From assembly GCA_024137785.1 (NCBI GenBank), contig JAHRHZ010000222.1, positions 34,784,463 through 34,848,462 on the forward strand: 64,000 nt of DNA, read 5' to 3'. The notes beneath the pieces were generated by a model, which saw nothing but the letters and a program-made list of their open reading frames with translations, was not told the origin of the DNA and searched no databases. The stretch is from Ginglymostoma cirratum (taxonomy: Eukaryota). Each line of letters starts with the position of its first letter. The first letter of the stretch is position 1. The translations under genes were made by a program, and so were the position numbers. Positions 1 through 14,200 of this stretch are shown here, one piece after another.

Positions 1-120
1 CGGGCCTACACCCTTCTTCAGAATTTCTGAAGAAGGGTCTTGGCCCGAAACGTCAACCTTTCCTGCTCCTCTGATGCCGCTTGGCCTGCTGTGTTCATCC
101 AGCTCTACACCTTGTTATCT
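1..120. mobile_element. PLE pseudo-LTR fold-back element (family A), cut by the window edge
   Basis: Palindromic centre cccttcttcagaa-t-ttctgaagaaggg, followed by the same pLTR arm as at 37873-37965 and 57909-58004; hammerhead core at 27-54. Confidence 0.8.
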
Positions 121-1199
121 AAGAAGATCATTATGCCATCTTTCACACCATCCAGACTACCAACAATCCACACTTCATGTCTCAAAATGACAACTGTGAA
201 GAATTTTACAGTGAAATTCCCTTTAGGCAAACACAATTAAGTGTTGCTTATAGATTAATACAAGTTAAGTCTGCTGTCGATAGTTTCAGGAAATGTTTAT
301 TTGGTAAATGATAAAGACGGTAGTGGCAATAAATTTGTTGTAACTTGCCATTAATGGATTTTGTAGATGGGAGTTCCTTTAAAGAATACTATTCCTTCTC
401 ACTAATCATTTTAGCCAACTGGCCATTAAGCTCAATGGCTACTGTTTGTAGTAGTCTTTGGTATATTTGATCAATGTTCCTTTCCTTTGTCCTACAACAT
501 TGTACTGATCAATTTAGAAAATTAACTTGAATTTCTTTCTAGTTTTACAAAATGTCTTGTCAAAAATTGCAATCTTGTCAATCCATTTGCAGAGCTGATG
601 GCCCCATTATCCATTTGGAACATTTTCTTCTGTTTAGTTCAGATTTTCAGCATTTGCACTTCAAACTCCATTCTACTTTGGTGTCCCAAAGTCAACTTGA
701 CTCAACACTTTTTTGAAATGACAACTTTTTGCCAAAAATCAAAATGTACACCAATAGCAGTGAAAGCACTAGAGTGCAAGTAATTCTAAAAGCCAGACCA
801 GGGGTTACTTCTGAAGATTGAGATCAGCATGACTAATGCAAAAAGAGCAACAGAGGGGTCTCATCTGCGGTTTTGCAAACCAACATACAATGAAGTACTG
901 CTGGCATGTCTTATGGGAACATAGCTATCTTACACTCAGCTCCTTTCTGCTTAGAGGACAGATGACGAACTGTGCACTAAACTACTCCCTTAAGGATTGT
1001 TTTTCGAAAAGAACTTAGTATCAACTTTTGTGCATGTGGTTTTGTCATTTTGACATGAACCAGAAAAACAATGCTTTTCCGCAGATTTACAAAAATACTT
1101 CAACAACGGCAAAAATAATAACTGACATTAATCCAGCTTCTTAAATGTACAAAACCATCTCAGGATTGTTCCCAAAAGTACAAACCAATAAATTTAACT

Positions 1200-2200
1200 A
1201 AGCAAAGGAAAGTTATTACATGAGATGGCATTAGAAGCTTGACCAAAGTGGCAGGTTTTGAGGAGAATCTTAATGGGGAGGCATAAAGGTTTACAGAGAC
1301 ATTCCAGAGTTTAGACCATAAATAGTTGAACGCATGATCACTGAGTGGGGGTCCAAGGAGAACTGGAAGATGCAGAAGGCAAGAGTTGTCAGAACATTGA
1401 AGAAGGAGGAGGCTGAAGGAGATTACAAAAGTTGAGAAGAAGCAAGGCTACTGAAGGATTTTATTAGGGAGTTGAGAATTTTGCATCTGAGGTGTCGGTA
1501 GAGGAGAAGCTAACATAGGTCAATGAGGAATAGTGTAGTTTATATTGCCACAGCAGAGATATGAATGATCATGTGAGGTCTGTCACAATAACTTTAGAAT
1601 TATCATTTTTTGAAGATAATAAAAACATGGATAAGGGGTTGCCCAACAGATGGGCTGAAACAGAGGCAGAGATGTGCAACATTACTAAAGAGAAAAAGTC
1701 TTTATGATGCAAGGAATAACATCATAAGCTCTGAACAGAATAAAATAGGACACTGTGGTTACAAACATTTACATCAAAAGTGAGTCACTGGGCTCGAAAC
1801 ATTATCTCTGCTTTCTTCCCACAGATGTCACCAGACCTGTTGAATTTCATCAGCAATTTGTGTTTTTATTTTAGATCTCCAGCAGGCACAGTTCTTTGTT
1901 TTATTTTTGTAAAAACAGAAGCAGAGAGGAGCACTCCAACTCAGCTGGATAATGAACAAGCACTGGAGGAGGATTGTGGTCAATCATATCAAAGGCTGTA
2001 GTCAGGTTGAGAAGAATAAGAAGGGATACTGAACCATGGTCACAGTCAAAAATGATGTCATTAGGTGATGTGGATGAGGGGTGTTTCAACAGTGTGGCAT
2101 CTGTCAAAGCCTGACGTAATATTCAAACATGGAATTTCTGGAAAAGACCGAAACAATTTAGGAGCTAATAATACACTCAAGATTTTGGACAGAAAAATGA
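1200..2200 (-). mobile_element. Degenerate L2-like LINE remnant
   Basis: Purine-rich stretch sharing motifs (agcttgaccaaagtggcaggttttgaggagaatcttaa; attccagagtttag; gagaattttgcatctgagg) with 19590-19900 and 34850-35900; no intact ORF. Confidence 0.4.
1790..1905 (+). mobile_element. Old PLE pLTR remnant (family B)
   Basis: cacagatgtcaccagacctgttgaatttcatcagcaatttgtgttttt...ccagca..gcacagttctt resembles the right arm and tail of 18655-18892. Confidence 0.55.
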
Positions 2201-4769
2201 AATTCCACATGGAGTGAAAGTCAGATAGGTCTTACATTCACCAAAGTCAAATGAGTTACATACAAGGTTAATGCACCAATTGAGTGTACTGTTATTTTAT
2301 AATCAAAGAGTTGAACACGGGGCTCTGAGGAAAAGATAAAAAGGTTTGAGAAGAGTTCATCTTACACTTAAATAATTAAGTTTAAAGCCGCATTTGATTC
2401 AAAATGACCTTCATCTGTGTTCTTGCTGAAACAAATATAGGTATATAATCTAAATATGTTTTCACTTTGATCTTGATTATTTGATTTTTTTTTAATTCTC
2501 AAAGGACTGGCTTGTGCCAAGATACATATTTATTGTATCCCAAAAGCCTTCCAGTGCCTTGGACAAGTGGTCACTTCCAAAGTGCAAGTCAAGACACCAA
2601 GCTAGGTGATAGACCAGAGAGAATAAGCAAAACAGTGAAAGAACTGGGCTCAAGATTTCTTGTTTACTGCAATAATAGCAACATATTCTTGGCACAGATG
2701 ACCTTCTGCTATCCCTTGGTTTCCTCCTGATCCTATTCCAATGTCTGAGATGTTCAAATGTTTTGGGAAAATGCCAAAGCCACATATGGTAAAGCTGAAG
2801 TTGGTGATGGTGGAGCGGGAGTGAAAACTAAATCTTCACGTGCTAAATTATTCTCCACTACCTTCTCTCACCGTGAGTACCCTTAGTTATCAAAGCTGAA
2901 AACCAGGAATCAACATCGCTCCAAGTGCTCACAGTGTGAGGTTGATAATGAGCAAATCTCCACCTCCAGTAGAATTTTTTGCAGCTGCAAAGAGGGGTAA
3001 ATTCATGATGTGACAAGGTGCCACACCAGGAAACAGCTGCCACCATTCAAGAACTCAGACTGTGGAGATTAAACTAGTTAAGAACAGGTCCGTTTTCACT
3101 ATATTTCCTTTGCATATCTGAGGAACTTCAATGGAAAGCTGAGACAGCATTGTGGATATAGCCACAGGTCACCTTGGTGGGAGTGGTTAGAATCCTTTGC
3201 TGGTGGGTGGGAAAGACAGGTTTCCTCTGGGATTGTTAACTATGGAACAAAGTGTCAGAAAAGAGGGCCTATCACCCTTGGAACTGATCAAATTTTCAAG
3301 ACCTGTCGAGAAACCCTCATGAAGTATTGTCCTGTTCTGAACTGTCAAGGAAGTATCAAAAAAAGTCAAGAATTACCCAGAACTACTAAGAAGTGTTAAG
3401 CAGCAACAAAGCAGTCAAGACCTGTCAAAATATGTTCTCATGAGAGTTTTTTTTCTCAATAGAGTGTAGTCAACTGTATAGAAACTTCGACAGAACTTTA
3501 CTTTCTCTCCTTTGTGCAAAGGTACTCGTGAATACTAGATGACTTGGCACTGCAGGCGAAAGAGGTAAAGATGGTGCAAGGAAGTTGGCACTACATTACA
3601 TTAGCATGGGTTTAAAAGGCCATGTTTACAGGGGCTCAGATGCTATGAGAGATCATGGGATAGGAAGGTGTAGGGTGAAAGGAAGTGAAGGGGATATGAG
3701 GGGAAAGGTGTGGAGGAATGTTTTGTATTTTATCAATTTAATTTGATATTTGGGCGGTGTCATGGAGCCTTTTGGCAGGCTTTTCACCCTGCTCACCTCC
3801 AGAACAGGCAACCTCAGGAGCTCTTTGTGGGCCACCCAGCCAAACTTCCAGCCCAGGCCACACCCCCAGACCAAAGATGTGTGCTGCAGGCAGGCGTCTT
3901 TAAAGGTGGATTCGTGGACCTAGCAATTCTCCCACCCACTCACACCTGTTCCAGCAGTGAAAATTGGGGCCTGCAAGTCCCAATGAGTTTATCCACTTTC
4001 TACACATGTTTGAGCGCCCATTTAACAGTCCAAAATGCACTCGACCACTCCTAAACTGTATTTAAATTAGCTGGACTTATCCAAAAGGGTACCCCCACCC
4101 TCTCCAAATAAGCCTTCAGCTTTCTCCTGACAGCTCAAAAGCCCATAAGTAGTGATACGGACATCCCATTAGTGGATCCTGAATCTGAGTGAAAAGAGCT
4201 GTTCTTTAAGATGTGCCACAGTCCCTGCAAACCACAGACATACAGCCAATTCTCCAGCCCTGGTGAAAATGGCAGTTGCCAGGTTCGGGGTGAGCTTCTG
4301 GACTCGACTAATTCACGTGAGTCAGAGATCCTCTCTCTTGCGATAAAAATTTCACCCTAAGTGTTAGCCCAAACAAACTGGATAAATTGGCTACCTTTTA
4401 ATTTTCCAGATGGAAGATAATGAGCTTAAAGCCCAGTCAATCAACATGAAGGAACATCTTTATGTGGTACAGCTAACATGTACTTTACAATACAGATATA
4501 CTACTGCATGCATCTCTGCTGAAACTGAATTGGTGCCACACTTGTAAAACCTCAGTCTACATCTGTTATAGAAGCAGTCACTTGTCTCATCCCAGGTAGA
4601 TTCACCTTCAGATTACACACTAAAGAAGCAGAACCACGCATTCATCTACCACCATATCCCGAAAAATTAGTGCACTAACTATTCTTTTTGAGGTACATGG
4701 CATTATCTCCACAAAAAGCAATGAAATGAATGGTGAATTAACATGTTAAAATGGGGTTAGTTAAAAGGT

Positions 4770-4965
4770 AAATATTGCCAGAACACTCTCAAATCTCCAG
4801 ATCTTCCTTGATGAGTGCTATGGACTTTTTAAACATTCACCAAAACAGCACATTTGACAGTCCAGCACTTGCTCTATACCACAAAAAAGTGTCAGCCTAG
4901 ATTATGTGACCAAAGTTTGAACCCATGACCTTCTGATGTAGGGGTAAGACAGTTAAATCAGCTGA
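4770..4965 (-). mobile_element. Degenerate Deu-domain-type SINE fragment
   Basis: tgacagtccagcacttgctc...gtgtcagcctagattatgtg...tttgaacccatgaccttctga resembles 17050-17270. Confidence 0.45.
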
Positions 4966-7900
4966 TAATATAATTGTTCTTTCATTTGATAAGATTTTAT
5001 TTATTTATTACGAGGCTAATTCTGTATAATTCACATCTTGCTAATTGCATGACTAGCAACAGTCACACCTTTCTGTTGTTCCCATCCAAGTACAGTTTTA
5101 ATTTTTATCTCAGAAAATGCAATCATATTTCAAGAATATTGAAAGCTACAATCAGCATTTGCTCTCAAAGCATTTTAACTTTTCATCTTCCTTTCCTCCA
5201 TTTTGCGAATTTTTTCTCTCCCTCTTTAGATCCTCTCACAGATGCTTGCCAATGCCACTGTGCCAGCTGGGGAGATTCACAAGCTGAAATGCTCTCCAAG
5301 TATTGCTGGATCCATCCAGGAATATACATCACAAACTCCTGAAGAATCATTCATGTTCCACCACCTCATGGCACAGCATGAGTGCACCAACATTCTGCAT
5401 CACTAGGTTGCCTTGCAAATGGTTGATTTTCCTTTCAATTATTTTAAGAACTTCTTTGAGGCAGGCAGGTAGCAATTTTAAAAGCTAGCGTTTAACACTG
5501 TCTAGCTGACCATTGGTAAGTAAAAGATTAAGGAATTTTATTCCATGCTGCATTTGTAGACAGCTCTGCCCCCCGTGCCCAACACATTTTGACCTGAAAA
5601 AGGCTCAGCAGGAGTTGCACTACATGGAGAAAAGAAAGGATGATTAAGCTGTCCCCTGTTCAATTTCGTATTGTTCAGACATAAAAGGTTGAGAAATAAT
5701 TGGCATTTAAAGAGATCGAGCATGGTGACGCATTTTCAAATACCTAATGGAGATGCTTTGATAAACCGTATAGTCAGCATATATTTCTCGGTACAAAAAT
5801 TGTAGCATTAAGGCAAAATATTTCCTACTGTTTATCTCAATGCATTGCCTTAAATATCTGCATATGGTTAAGGTAAACTATATTTTGCTGACCAATAAGA
5901 TCATTTGAAGCCATCAAATAATTAAAGATCCAATTATTCAGTGATTATGTGAAATAAGATTTTACAGGTTATTTCTGAAGAAATCAAAGACTCTGGAAAT
6001 GTTAAGTGTTGTTTAACTTATATTGAAAAGCTTGCACTCAAAAGCTAACTGTCCTATTATACATTTTCAAATATTAATATTTTAATTTGCGTATAAAACA
6101 TATTGTTATGATCCCAATTGTGGCAATACTAAACAGGCCAGATATTTCTTGTGATCTGGTTTGATAGATGATTGTCTTTTAAAGAACAAATGCGTGGAAT
6201 AACCAAGAGCAAGAAAATAAGTGGCAGGAGTTCGAGGTTGAATTGAAACACCAAAAAACCTCATCACACAAACTTGAACAAAGTACACGTCAGTAATAAT
6301 GACTAAATTGGTATACTAAAGAGTTATAATTAACATGAGTTAGAAGACAAACTGAAAACCCTGCAGTCTGGACTTTAAACGTCCCATTGTAGTCAAAACA
6401 GAAGCCACCCATGTTAGTGAATCTGTGGATCACAAAATTTCATTAGACTATTATTTCCTTTGTAACGGATTCCAATTCTTGATTTTTGAAGATCTAGCCT
6501 TTGAACAGGGTCACAGCCCTGAATGCTTCAATCACTGCTCATGCCTTAGTAGTTCAATCTCTTCCTGCTACCAGGATTACCGAGATTGCTCGCAAACGTC
6601 TAATTACCAGCAGAACTTCAGCTTTTATCAAACTGTCAACTTCAGAGAAATACTAATGAATTTTTCTAACTTCTAATCTTTTCTGGTGCATGAAGCAAAA
6701 ACTGCTTGTTGTCTTCCTTCACTCCAATCTCAGCTGCACTGAACTATGAGTGACTCCCAGGTATTTATTATTCCTTAACTATTTTCCACAGCAGAAAGCT
6801 GCCATTTTTGGAGACTTCTTCTAAGACTCACGACTTGGAGTCTGCTAACAGATGCACTTGTATCAGCTCACCACTTCTACTTCACATTCTCCCAGTTCCA
6901 AAGTACAATTAACTCCTCTCCTAAAAAAAAACGTAAATTGAAACCAGAGAACCTTCGTAAGCTCTACACACCTCCAAAACAATACGGCCCACCTTGAGAT
7001 ATCCTTAAACTAAGTCTTATGGTAAGTATCCTTTATTTACAATTTCTTCTTTGATCCGATCAAAATTCACTGAATATTTAAGCTAAATTAGTTAAAAGCA
7101 ATCATTTCTTTGAACTGTCATGATTGAAAGCAACGTAGACACCACCTCAGCAAGCCCACCAGCTATATCTGATCCTACCTTTCCAGCTGTTAATTTATCA
7201 AAGGGACACAACCGTACCTTGTAAGGACACTAGACTTGCAAGGTGCTTCAGTTGCATTAATCCCATTTTCTATCTTCCATGAGGCTTTAATTCCCAAAAC
7301 TGAAATCCTACTCTAAGACATGAGCCATGAACTAGTATTCATAACCACATAAATGGAAAGACGAAAGGGACAGTATGTACAGGACAGTAAACAACGTTTT
7401 CTTCAACAGGGTCAGACTTCACAAAGTTGGGGAGAAAGAATGGAAAGCGAATAATTAACTAGACCTGAGAGTTTACAGATAAAAGATCTTGTAATGCAGC
7501 ACCATCTGCATGAAACTACAGCATTTAGTTGAAATCTAGACAGGATGACAATGGGAGTGTGAGATGTAAGAATGACAAAAGCTTGTCAGCAATGTCTTAA
7601 AGATTGGTATCGGGGCTGCTGTTGTTTCAAGTCTTTTTGATAATAAAGACAGATTATTGCTCTAGATCTCTAACTCTATAAAGTGATGCCATGTCAAATA
7701 CCAGAGCCAATAATGCTATTCAATATGCAATAATTCAAAAGAATCAGAACCGCCTGGGTCAATGTGGGATGCAGGCAATTAAGGTACAAAGCCATATTAA
7801 GGACATAGCCTTGCTAAGTTCAAGCTTACATATTAAATGGCAACATGCTTGAGACAACAAAACAGAAAAATGATATTTTCAGTGAATGGATTGTTAAAAC

Positions 7901-8012
7901 CACTGGGTCAGTTTTCATAGTTGAAGAAGAAAGTGAGTGTATCAGCAGTATGTGTAAGTCACGTGGTGATTTTAAGTAAAAGAGATAATATTGAACTGCT
8001 TTGTGGACTCTC

Positions 8013-8995
8013 AGAGTCACACAGCACGGTAATAGACCCTCCAGTCCAACTCATCCATGCTGACCAAGTTTCCCAAACTAAACTAGTCCCACTTGCCTGT
8101 GTTTGACCCATGTCATTTAAAACCTTTCCTTTAACATACCTGTCCAAATGTCTTTTATATGTTGTAACTGTACTTGCATCTGTCACTTCTTCTGGCAGTT
8201 CATTCCACATACGAGCCACAATGTGTGAAAACATTGCCCCTCAAGTCCCTTTTAAATCTTTCCCCTCTCACCTTAAAAACATGCCCTCTAGTTTTGAACC
8301 CCCCCCCCAACTACCTAAGGAAAAGACCTTTTGTATTCACCTTATCCATGCCCCTCATGACTTGAGAAAATGCTAAGGTCACCCCTCAACCTCCAGTGTT
8401 CCAGGAAAAATAAGTTCCAGCCTATCCAGCCTCTACTTATAACTCAAAATTTCCATTCCCGGCAACATCCTGGTAAATCTTTTCTGAAAATTGTCCAATT
8501 TAATAATATCCTTTCTATAGCAGGGTGACCAGAAATGGACACAGTACTCCAAAAGAGGCCTCACTAATGTCCTGTACAACCTCAACATGATGTTCCAACT
8601 CCTATACTCAGTCGTCTGCGTAATGAAGGCAAGCATGCATAACACGTTCGTAACCACCCTGTCTACATGCAACACAATTTTCAAAGAGCTATGTACCTGA
8701 ACCCCTAAGTCTCTGTTCTACAACACTACTCAGAGCACTACTATTAATTTTATAAGTCATACCCTTGTTTGTTTTACGAAAATGCCATATCTCACATTTA
8801 TCCAAACTAAACTCCATCTGCCACTCCTCCACCTATTGGCCCAACTGATCAAGATATTCTTGTAATCTGAGATAAACTTCTTCACTGTCAACTATACCAT
8901 CAATGTTGGTGTCATCCACAAACTTACTAACCATGCCTCCTAAATTCTCGACCAAATCATTTATATAAATGACAAACAACAGTGAACCCAGCACC
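8013..8995 (-). mobile_element. CR1 LINE 3' portion (HER1-like), RT C-terminus, frameshifted
   Basis: ORFs LLFVIYINDL..SKFVDDT, LYRTLVRPLLEYCVHFWSP and WNELPEEV; 3' tail gagtcacacagcacgg. Confidence 0.9.
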
Positions 8996-9009
8996 AAACC
9001 GAGCACCAA

Positions 9010-9501
9010 TCCTGTCGATTCCAGAGTTGAGAGGGTTGGATTATGAGGACAGACTGAGTAGACTAGGATTATACTCATTGGAATTCAGAAGAATGAGGGG
9101 AGATCTTACAGAAACATTTAAGATTATGAAGGAAATAGATAAGGTGGAGGCAGGGAGGTTGTTTCCGCTAGCAGGTGAAACTAAGACTAGGGGGTATAGC
9201 CTCAAAATAAACGGAAGCAGATGTAGGACTGAGGTCAGGAGGAACTTCTTCACCCAAAGGGTTGTGAGTCTGTGGAATTCCCTACCCAGTGAAGCGGTTG
9301 AAGCTACCTCGCTGAATGTGTTTAAGGCAAGGCTAAATAAATTTTTGAACAGTAAAGGAATTAAGGGCTACGGTGAGTGGGTGGGTAAGTGGAGCTGAGT
9401 CTCAAAAAGATCAGCCATGATCTTATTAAATGGTGGGGCAGGCTTGAGGGGCCAGGTGGCCTACTCCTGCTCCTGCTCCTGCTCCTAGTTCTTATGTTCT
9501 T
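9010..9501 (+). mobile_element. Young 5'-truncated CR1 LINE (second family) nested in the host CR1
   Basis: ORF GLDYEDRLSRLGLYSLEFRRMRGDL...WNSLP...KGYGEWVGKWS; tail (ctcctg)n-ctcctagttcttatgttctta; close reverse copy at 62414-62800. Confidence 0.9.
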
Positions 9502-9615
9502 ATGGATAAAGCTACGCTGACTATCCATAATTAGTCTTTGCCTCTCCAAATGCATGTAAATCCTATCTTTCAGAATCCCCTCCAACAACTTACCCAACAC
9601 TAATGTCAGCTCAAT
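9502..9615 (-). mobile_element. Upstream piece of the host CR1 RT
   Basis: Encodes LTLVLGKLLEGILKDRIYMHLERQRLIMDSQRSFIH (CR1 RT, SQHGF region). Confidence 0.8.
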
Positions 9616-10074
9616 TAGCTTAGTTTTAATTGATAGAAATATTAAATGGAAGATAGGATGGCTAAATTCTAAACTTAAAAGACTAAGAAACGAATTCACA
9701 TTTCAGGACTAATCAATGGACGAAAGAAAGATAGAGGAGGATTTGGTACACATTTTGAAATTTCACAGGTATGGAGAATTTGGTTCAGGAGAATTATCCT
9801 CTCAATCACAGGACTTGAGGATTGTGAGGTAGAGACTAAAATTAAAGGTATTCAAAAAATTCCTTGGAAGTTTACGCAAATATTTGGAACGTCTTAAGAA
9901 TTGTGTTATTGATCACCAACAATGGTAGAAGCACAAAATACAGAGTCAGGTTTTAAAAAAAAATCATACTCTGACCATGGAAGGAAATGGAAAACTGTTT
10001 CCTCTAAAATCCTGGTCAGAAAATTGATAGGTGGTTGAAAGGTGGACCCTTGATCTTCTCCTACAACATTTTAT

Positions 10075-11210
10075 CATTGAGCCACAAAAAGTTATAGCAT
10101 AAGAAGAGGGATTTCACCCACTGTGTTTGCACTCACTAAACAAAGTACCTGCCCATTCTCATCCCAGTTACCACCATCTTGTCCCTTATCTCTAGGTTGC
10201 AATGCTTCAGCTGCAGATCTAGGTTCCTTTGAAATGAGTTGAGGGTTTCCACCACAAGGATCAAGCCAAGCAGCAAATTCCAGACACCCACCATAGTCTG
10301 AGTGAAATATTTTTCCTCATCTCCCCCTCTAATCCACCTACCAACTACACCGAATCTGTGATTGCTGGTATTTGATTTGTCTGCAAGAGATAATGGTCTT
10401 TCCTGCCCACTCTATCCAAAGCCCTCATTATTTTGCACACTTCGATTAAGTTACCTCCTCTTCTTCTGTTGCAAGGAAAACAACTCTCGTCTATCCAATC
10501 TTCCTTCACGTCTGAAATTTCCAAGTCCCAACAACATTCTTGTGAAATTCGTCTGCACTCTATCTACAACAATTATCACTTCCTGCAAATATGGTGTCCA
10601 GAATTAAACACAAAACTCCAACTTGCCATAATTAGTATTTTATACAGTTCCAGCACAGAATCCCCACTTTTGTATTCAATACCTTGGCCAAAGAATGCAT
10701 CCAATTTGCCACCTTTACCACCTTATTTACCCGTCCTGTCAGGAACACAATGGACATGTACTCCAATGTCTCTCACTTCCTCTATCCCACTAATACCTGC
10801 CTGGTTATTGTGTATTCCCTCATTTTATTTGCCCTCCCCAATCTATAACTTCGCACTTCTCAGAATTGAATTCCAACCATCACCTCTCCCCTCCATTCAA
10901 CCACTGACATCTAGCAAATTGTTACGTGGTCTGAATCATGTCTCCCATATTTGTGTCTAAATCACAAGTGACCAAACACCGAGTCCTCTGAAACACCATT
11001 TTCCATTTGCAAGAACAACCTGCCGACCTTTCATCCCTTTCACAGTCTGCCATGTGGAACCTTGACAGGCCTCTCACTAAAAATCGACATAAACAACATC
11101 CACTGTTGTACTCTTATCAAACTTGCTTGGTTACTTAAAAAATTCAATTAAGAAAGACACAACCTTCCCCTAACAAATCTATACTATCACTGATTAAACT
11201 GTATCATGTT
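10075..11210 (-). mobile_element. Old degenerate CR1 LINE
   Basis: Reverse-strand CR1 motifs: caaattccagacacccaccat, tggtgtccagaattaaacacaaaactcc, ccatgtggaaccttg, aagacacaaccttcccc. Confidence 0.7.
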
Positions 11211-14200
11211 AGCAAACACTTATAGGCCCAATTATGAGCATTTTGCTGATGGCAGACTGACAGTCCAATGGTAAAAAGATTTATTATAACGAACAGGGGG
11301 CCACAGGCAGCAAAGAGAACTCCTAAGGCCCCAACAATATCCCTGAAATGTTTCTTCTACACATTTCACCCCTTATTATTTTAAATGTTGTCTTTTCCTA
11401 CTTGCTATAGGCCTCCTGCCTGCCTCAGCAGCAAACACCATTCAGTGTTGCTGCTATGGTGTCAATCCACTGATTGCACTGGCATCTCTAGGGGGCAGGC
11501 TGCTGGCCAGAGCAGGATGACTGTTTCTGCAGTAGCGACTTTATTGACTGCTATAAAATGCAGCTCCAGGTCTAGCAAACACGCCATCCCAAACTCGAAC
11601 CACCTCAAGAAAACCCTAATCAAACTGAGAGAAAGAAAAGTTTATTTAAGAAAGAGGAAAATTGGATAGAAATGAAAAATAAACAAAAGTTGAACATGTT
11701 TTTTTAAAACTCTTGAAAAGTTAAAAACTGAAGGAACGGGACTTCAAAATGTTTGTTATTTTTCAATCTTAGAGAGGTTATTTATGAACTTACTAACAAG
11801 CCAACCGACTCAATCATTAGTCTGCTCACAATGTGGTCGGCATGAGCGGGCAGGCAGGAGCAGTTTACAATGGGTACAGTGGCTGTCTTTGTCCCAAGCT
11901 TGCTTGTAGTCCTGGCAGTGTCAGCTGTTAAGTTCTGGTCGGTCAAGACTTCTGGAACTACCAACCATCTCCCACTGAGGAGGGAAAGTTCCAATCTTGC
12001 CTACTGAGATGCGCTATTGCTGCAGGGTGGCCTTGTTTAACTATCATGCAAATCCTACCCCTGCCCTAAACCCTTTGTTTTACTCATTATATTGTTAACT
12101 ACAAATGTACACTTGAACAAAGTCTAACTAACTCAACACTCTGAGAATATGAGAACCTGGTATTAAACTAACAAGGAGTTATCAAACTACATAAGTGTTA
12201 ACAGGCAAGTGAAATAGTTAATATTTAGTGAGAGGATTTTGTGTGATTCAAATATAACTGTACCCAAACAGTGTTTGAAATATTCTGGCAATTAGGGTTT
12301 CTTTACAAGGCAAATGTCAGATATCAATGGAAAATACCAAATGAAGAAACTACACATGGTACATGGTGAAAATTTTACCTCCAGAGGACGCAAACCATTT
12401 ACTGAATTTTGATTACTTTCACATCACTTACATTGTAGCAAAGAAAACAGATTTCAATTCAAGAAGAGGCAAAATTACTGACTCCTTGAGCCTTAACCTC
12501 ACTTAGGAAGGAATTCTAAATGAGGCCCCTGCACTGATCCTGCCTTTCATGGAAAATAACAGGATGATGCCCAGCAACTATAAGCACTTTCCGTCCTATT
12601 TTAAACGCATCCAACTGTGAGGGTTTTCTAAGCAGACATATTGTCACATGAAACTTTTGCTTCGGATGTATGGTATTATATCCGAAAAAAAAAACCTTCG
12701 GGAAAAAAAAACAGCTTCAAGTTCTAAGCCGCAGTGAGGTGAATGTGTACTCTGATTTCTCTTAGAAAGAAATGTAGACACTAAAAGGATTTTTAACAAT
12801 TTACTTTCCCTGAACTCTGCACAATTATGCTACAGTACTTCAAACCTACTTGCAATTTTTTAAAACATGGAATGTATCTTTTTGCTTCAAATAGGATGGG
12901 ATCCCACTGTACATCGTGCACAGTAAATTACAACAGTCTGCTTACTGGATAATGTACTAATGTCAAATCACCTGCAGCGGCAGACTTTGAGCCCTTAAGA
13001 CATCTCTTTCAATCAACAGTTGAAGATTTTGAAGTGCATTGCCAAATCTCACATCAATAAATCAGATTTCCTTCATGTGGCACACTGAGGAATGAGTTTC
13101 TGTGAGGAACAGACAGTTTGAGAGCCACAGATTGCATGGTATATGATGAAGCAATTAAAAGATAGGGTGGGACATCATACTGAGTGCCTGCCAGACAGTT
13201 TTTTTCCTTTAGTGGCTGCAACACACAATGGACAATGGAATGATTGGAAACCTCATTAATGGTGGGTCTTCTGTGTTCACTGTTGCATTTCGATTTTTCA
13301 CTGCACCACAGCACTCCCCACTACAAACACAAGCTCAGAACAGCATGCCCTCAACCAAACCAACAGGTTGTATGAAAATTTATACAAGAATTAGGAACTC
13401 AATAGGCTAGTAACCTGAAATCTAAACAGAGTAGAACACTCAATTGTCGTAACAGTAAGTGCATTTAACGTGAACCATACAAATAGAGAAGTGACACGCA
13501 AGATGCAGAAAGTGAAGATCACATGGTGCGAGGATAAAATCTTCTTACAAAGACAAGCCAGTCAAGTAATTTACTGAATAGAAGGTGCTAAATATTTACA
13601 TTTGGAGACGATGGCAGAGTGCTCCGAGTTCGCAATGGGTACACTCTTAAGTTTCCCCAAATTCCAGAAATAGGTGTCGAGCTGTAAACAGCTGTTAAAA
13701 GGAACGGCAAATTTATTCAAGGTAGATACAAAATACAAATGTTGATATAACTCCAGTTTTTGTTTCATTCTTTACCTTCAATTTTATTAGCTAACTCCTG
13801 ACATTGAATCAGATTTAATTCCAAACATAATCCATTGTATTTCTCCCTTGTGAGTATCCACACTTCTTTTAAATGGCTATTTTCCTCAAACGCTCATTGT
13901 TGTGGCAGATTATACATCCTGTTCACGAGGTCAGGGATTACAATGCAAGAAATTAAAGAGAAAATAGCAGAAAAAAAAGGTTCTTGCAAGAAACAAAAAA
14001 AGTGTTGTTTTAGTCGTGTATTTACTGAATACCACCCCTGGGTTTGTACCCTGTTGTAAATATTCTCTTGTTGATTAAACTGGAATCCGTCTCCAATTTT
14101 TTTTAAACTAAACTAAAAATTTGTGCTTGTGACAGATTTTTGTGTATTAATCAGTGAACCTCTTGTTTCAGTACCATCTTCATCCATGAAGGAAAAAGGT

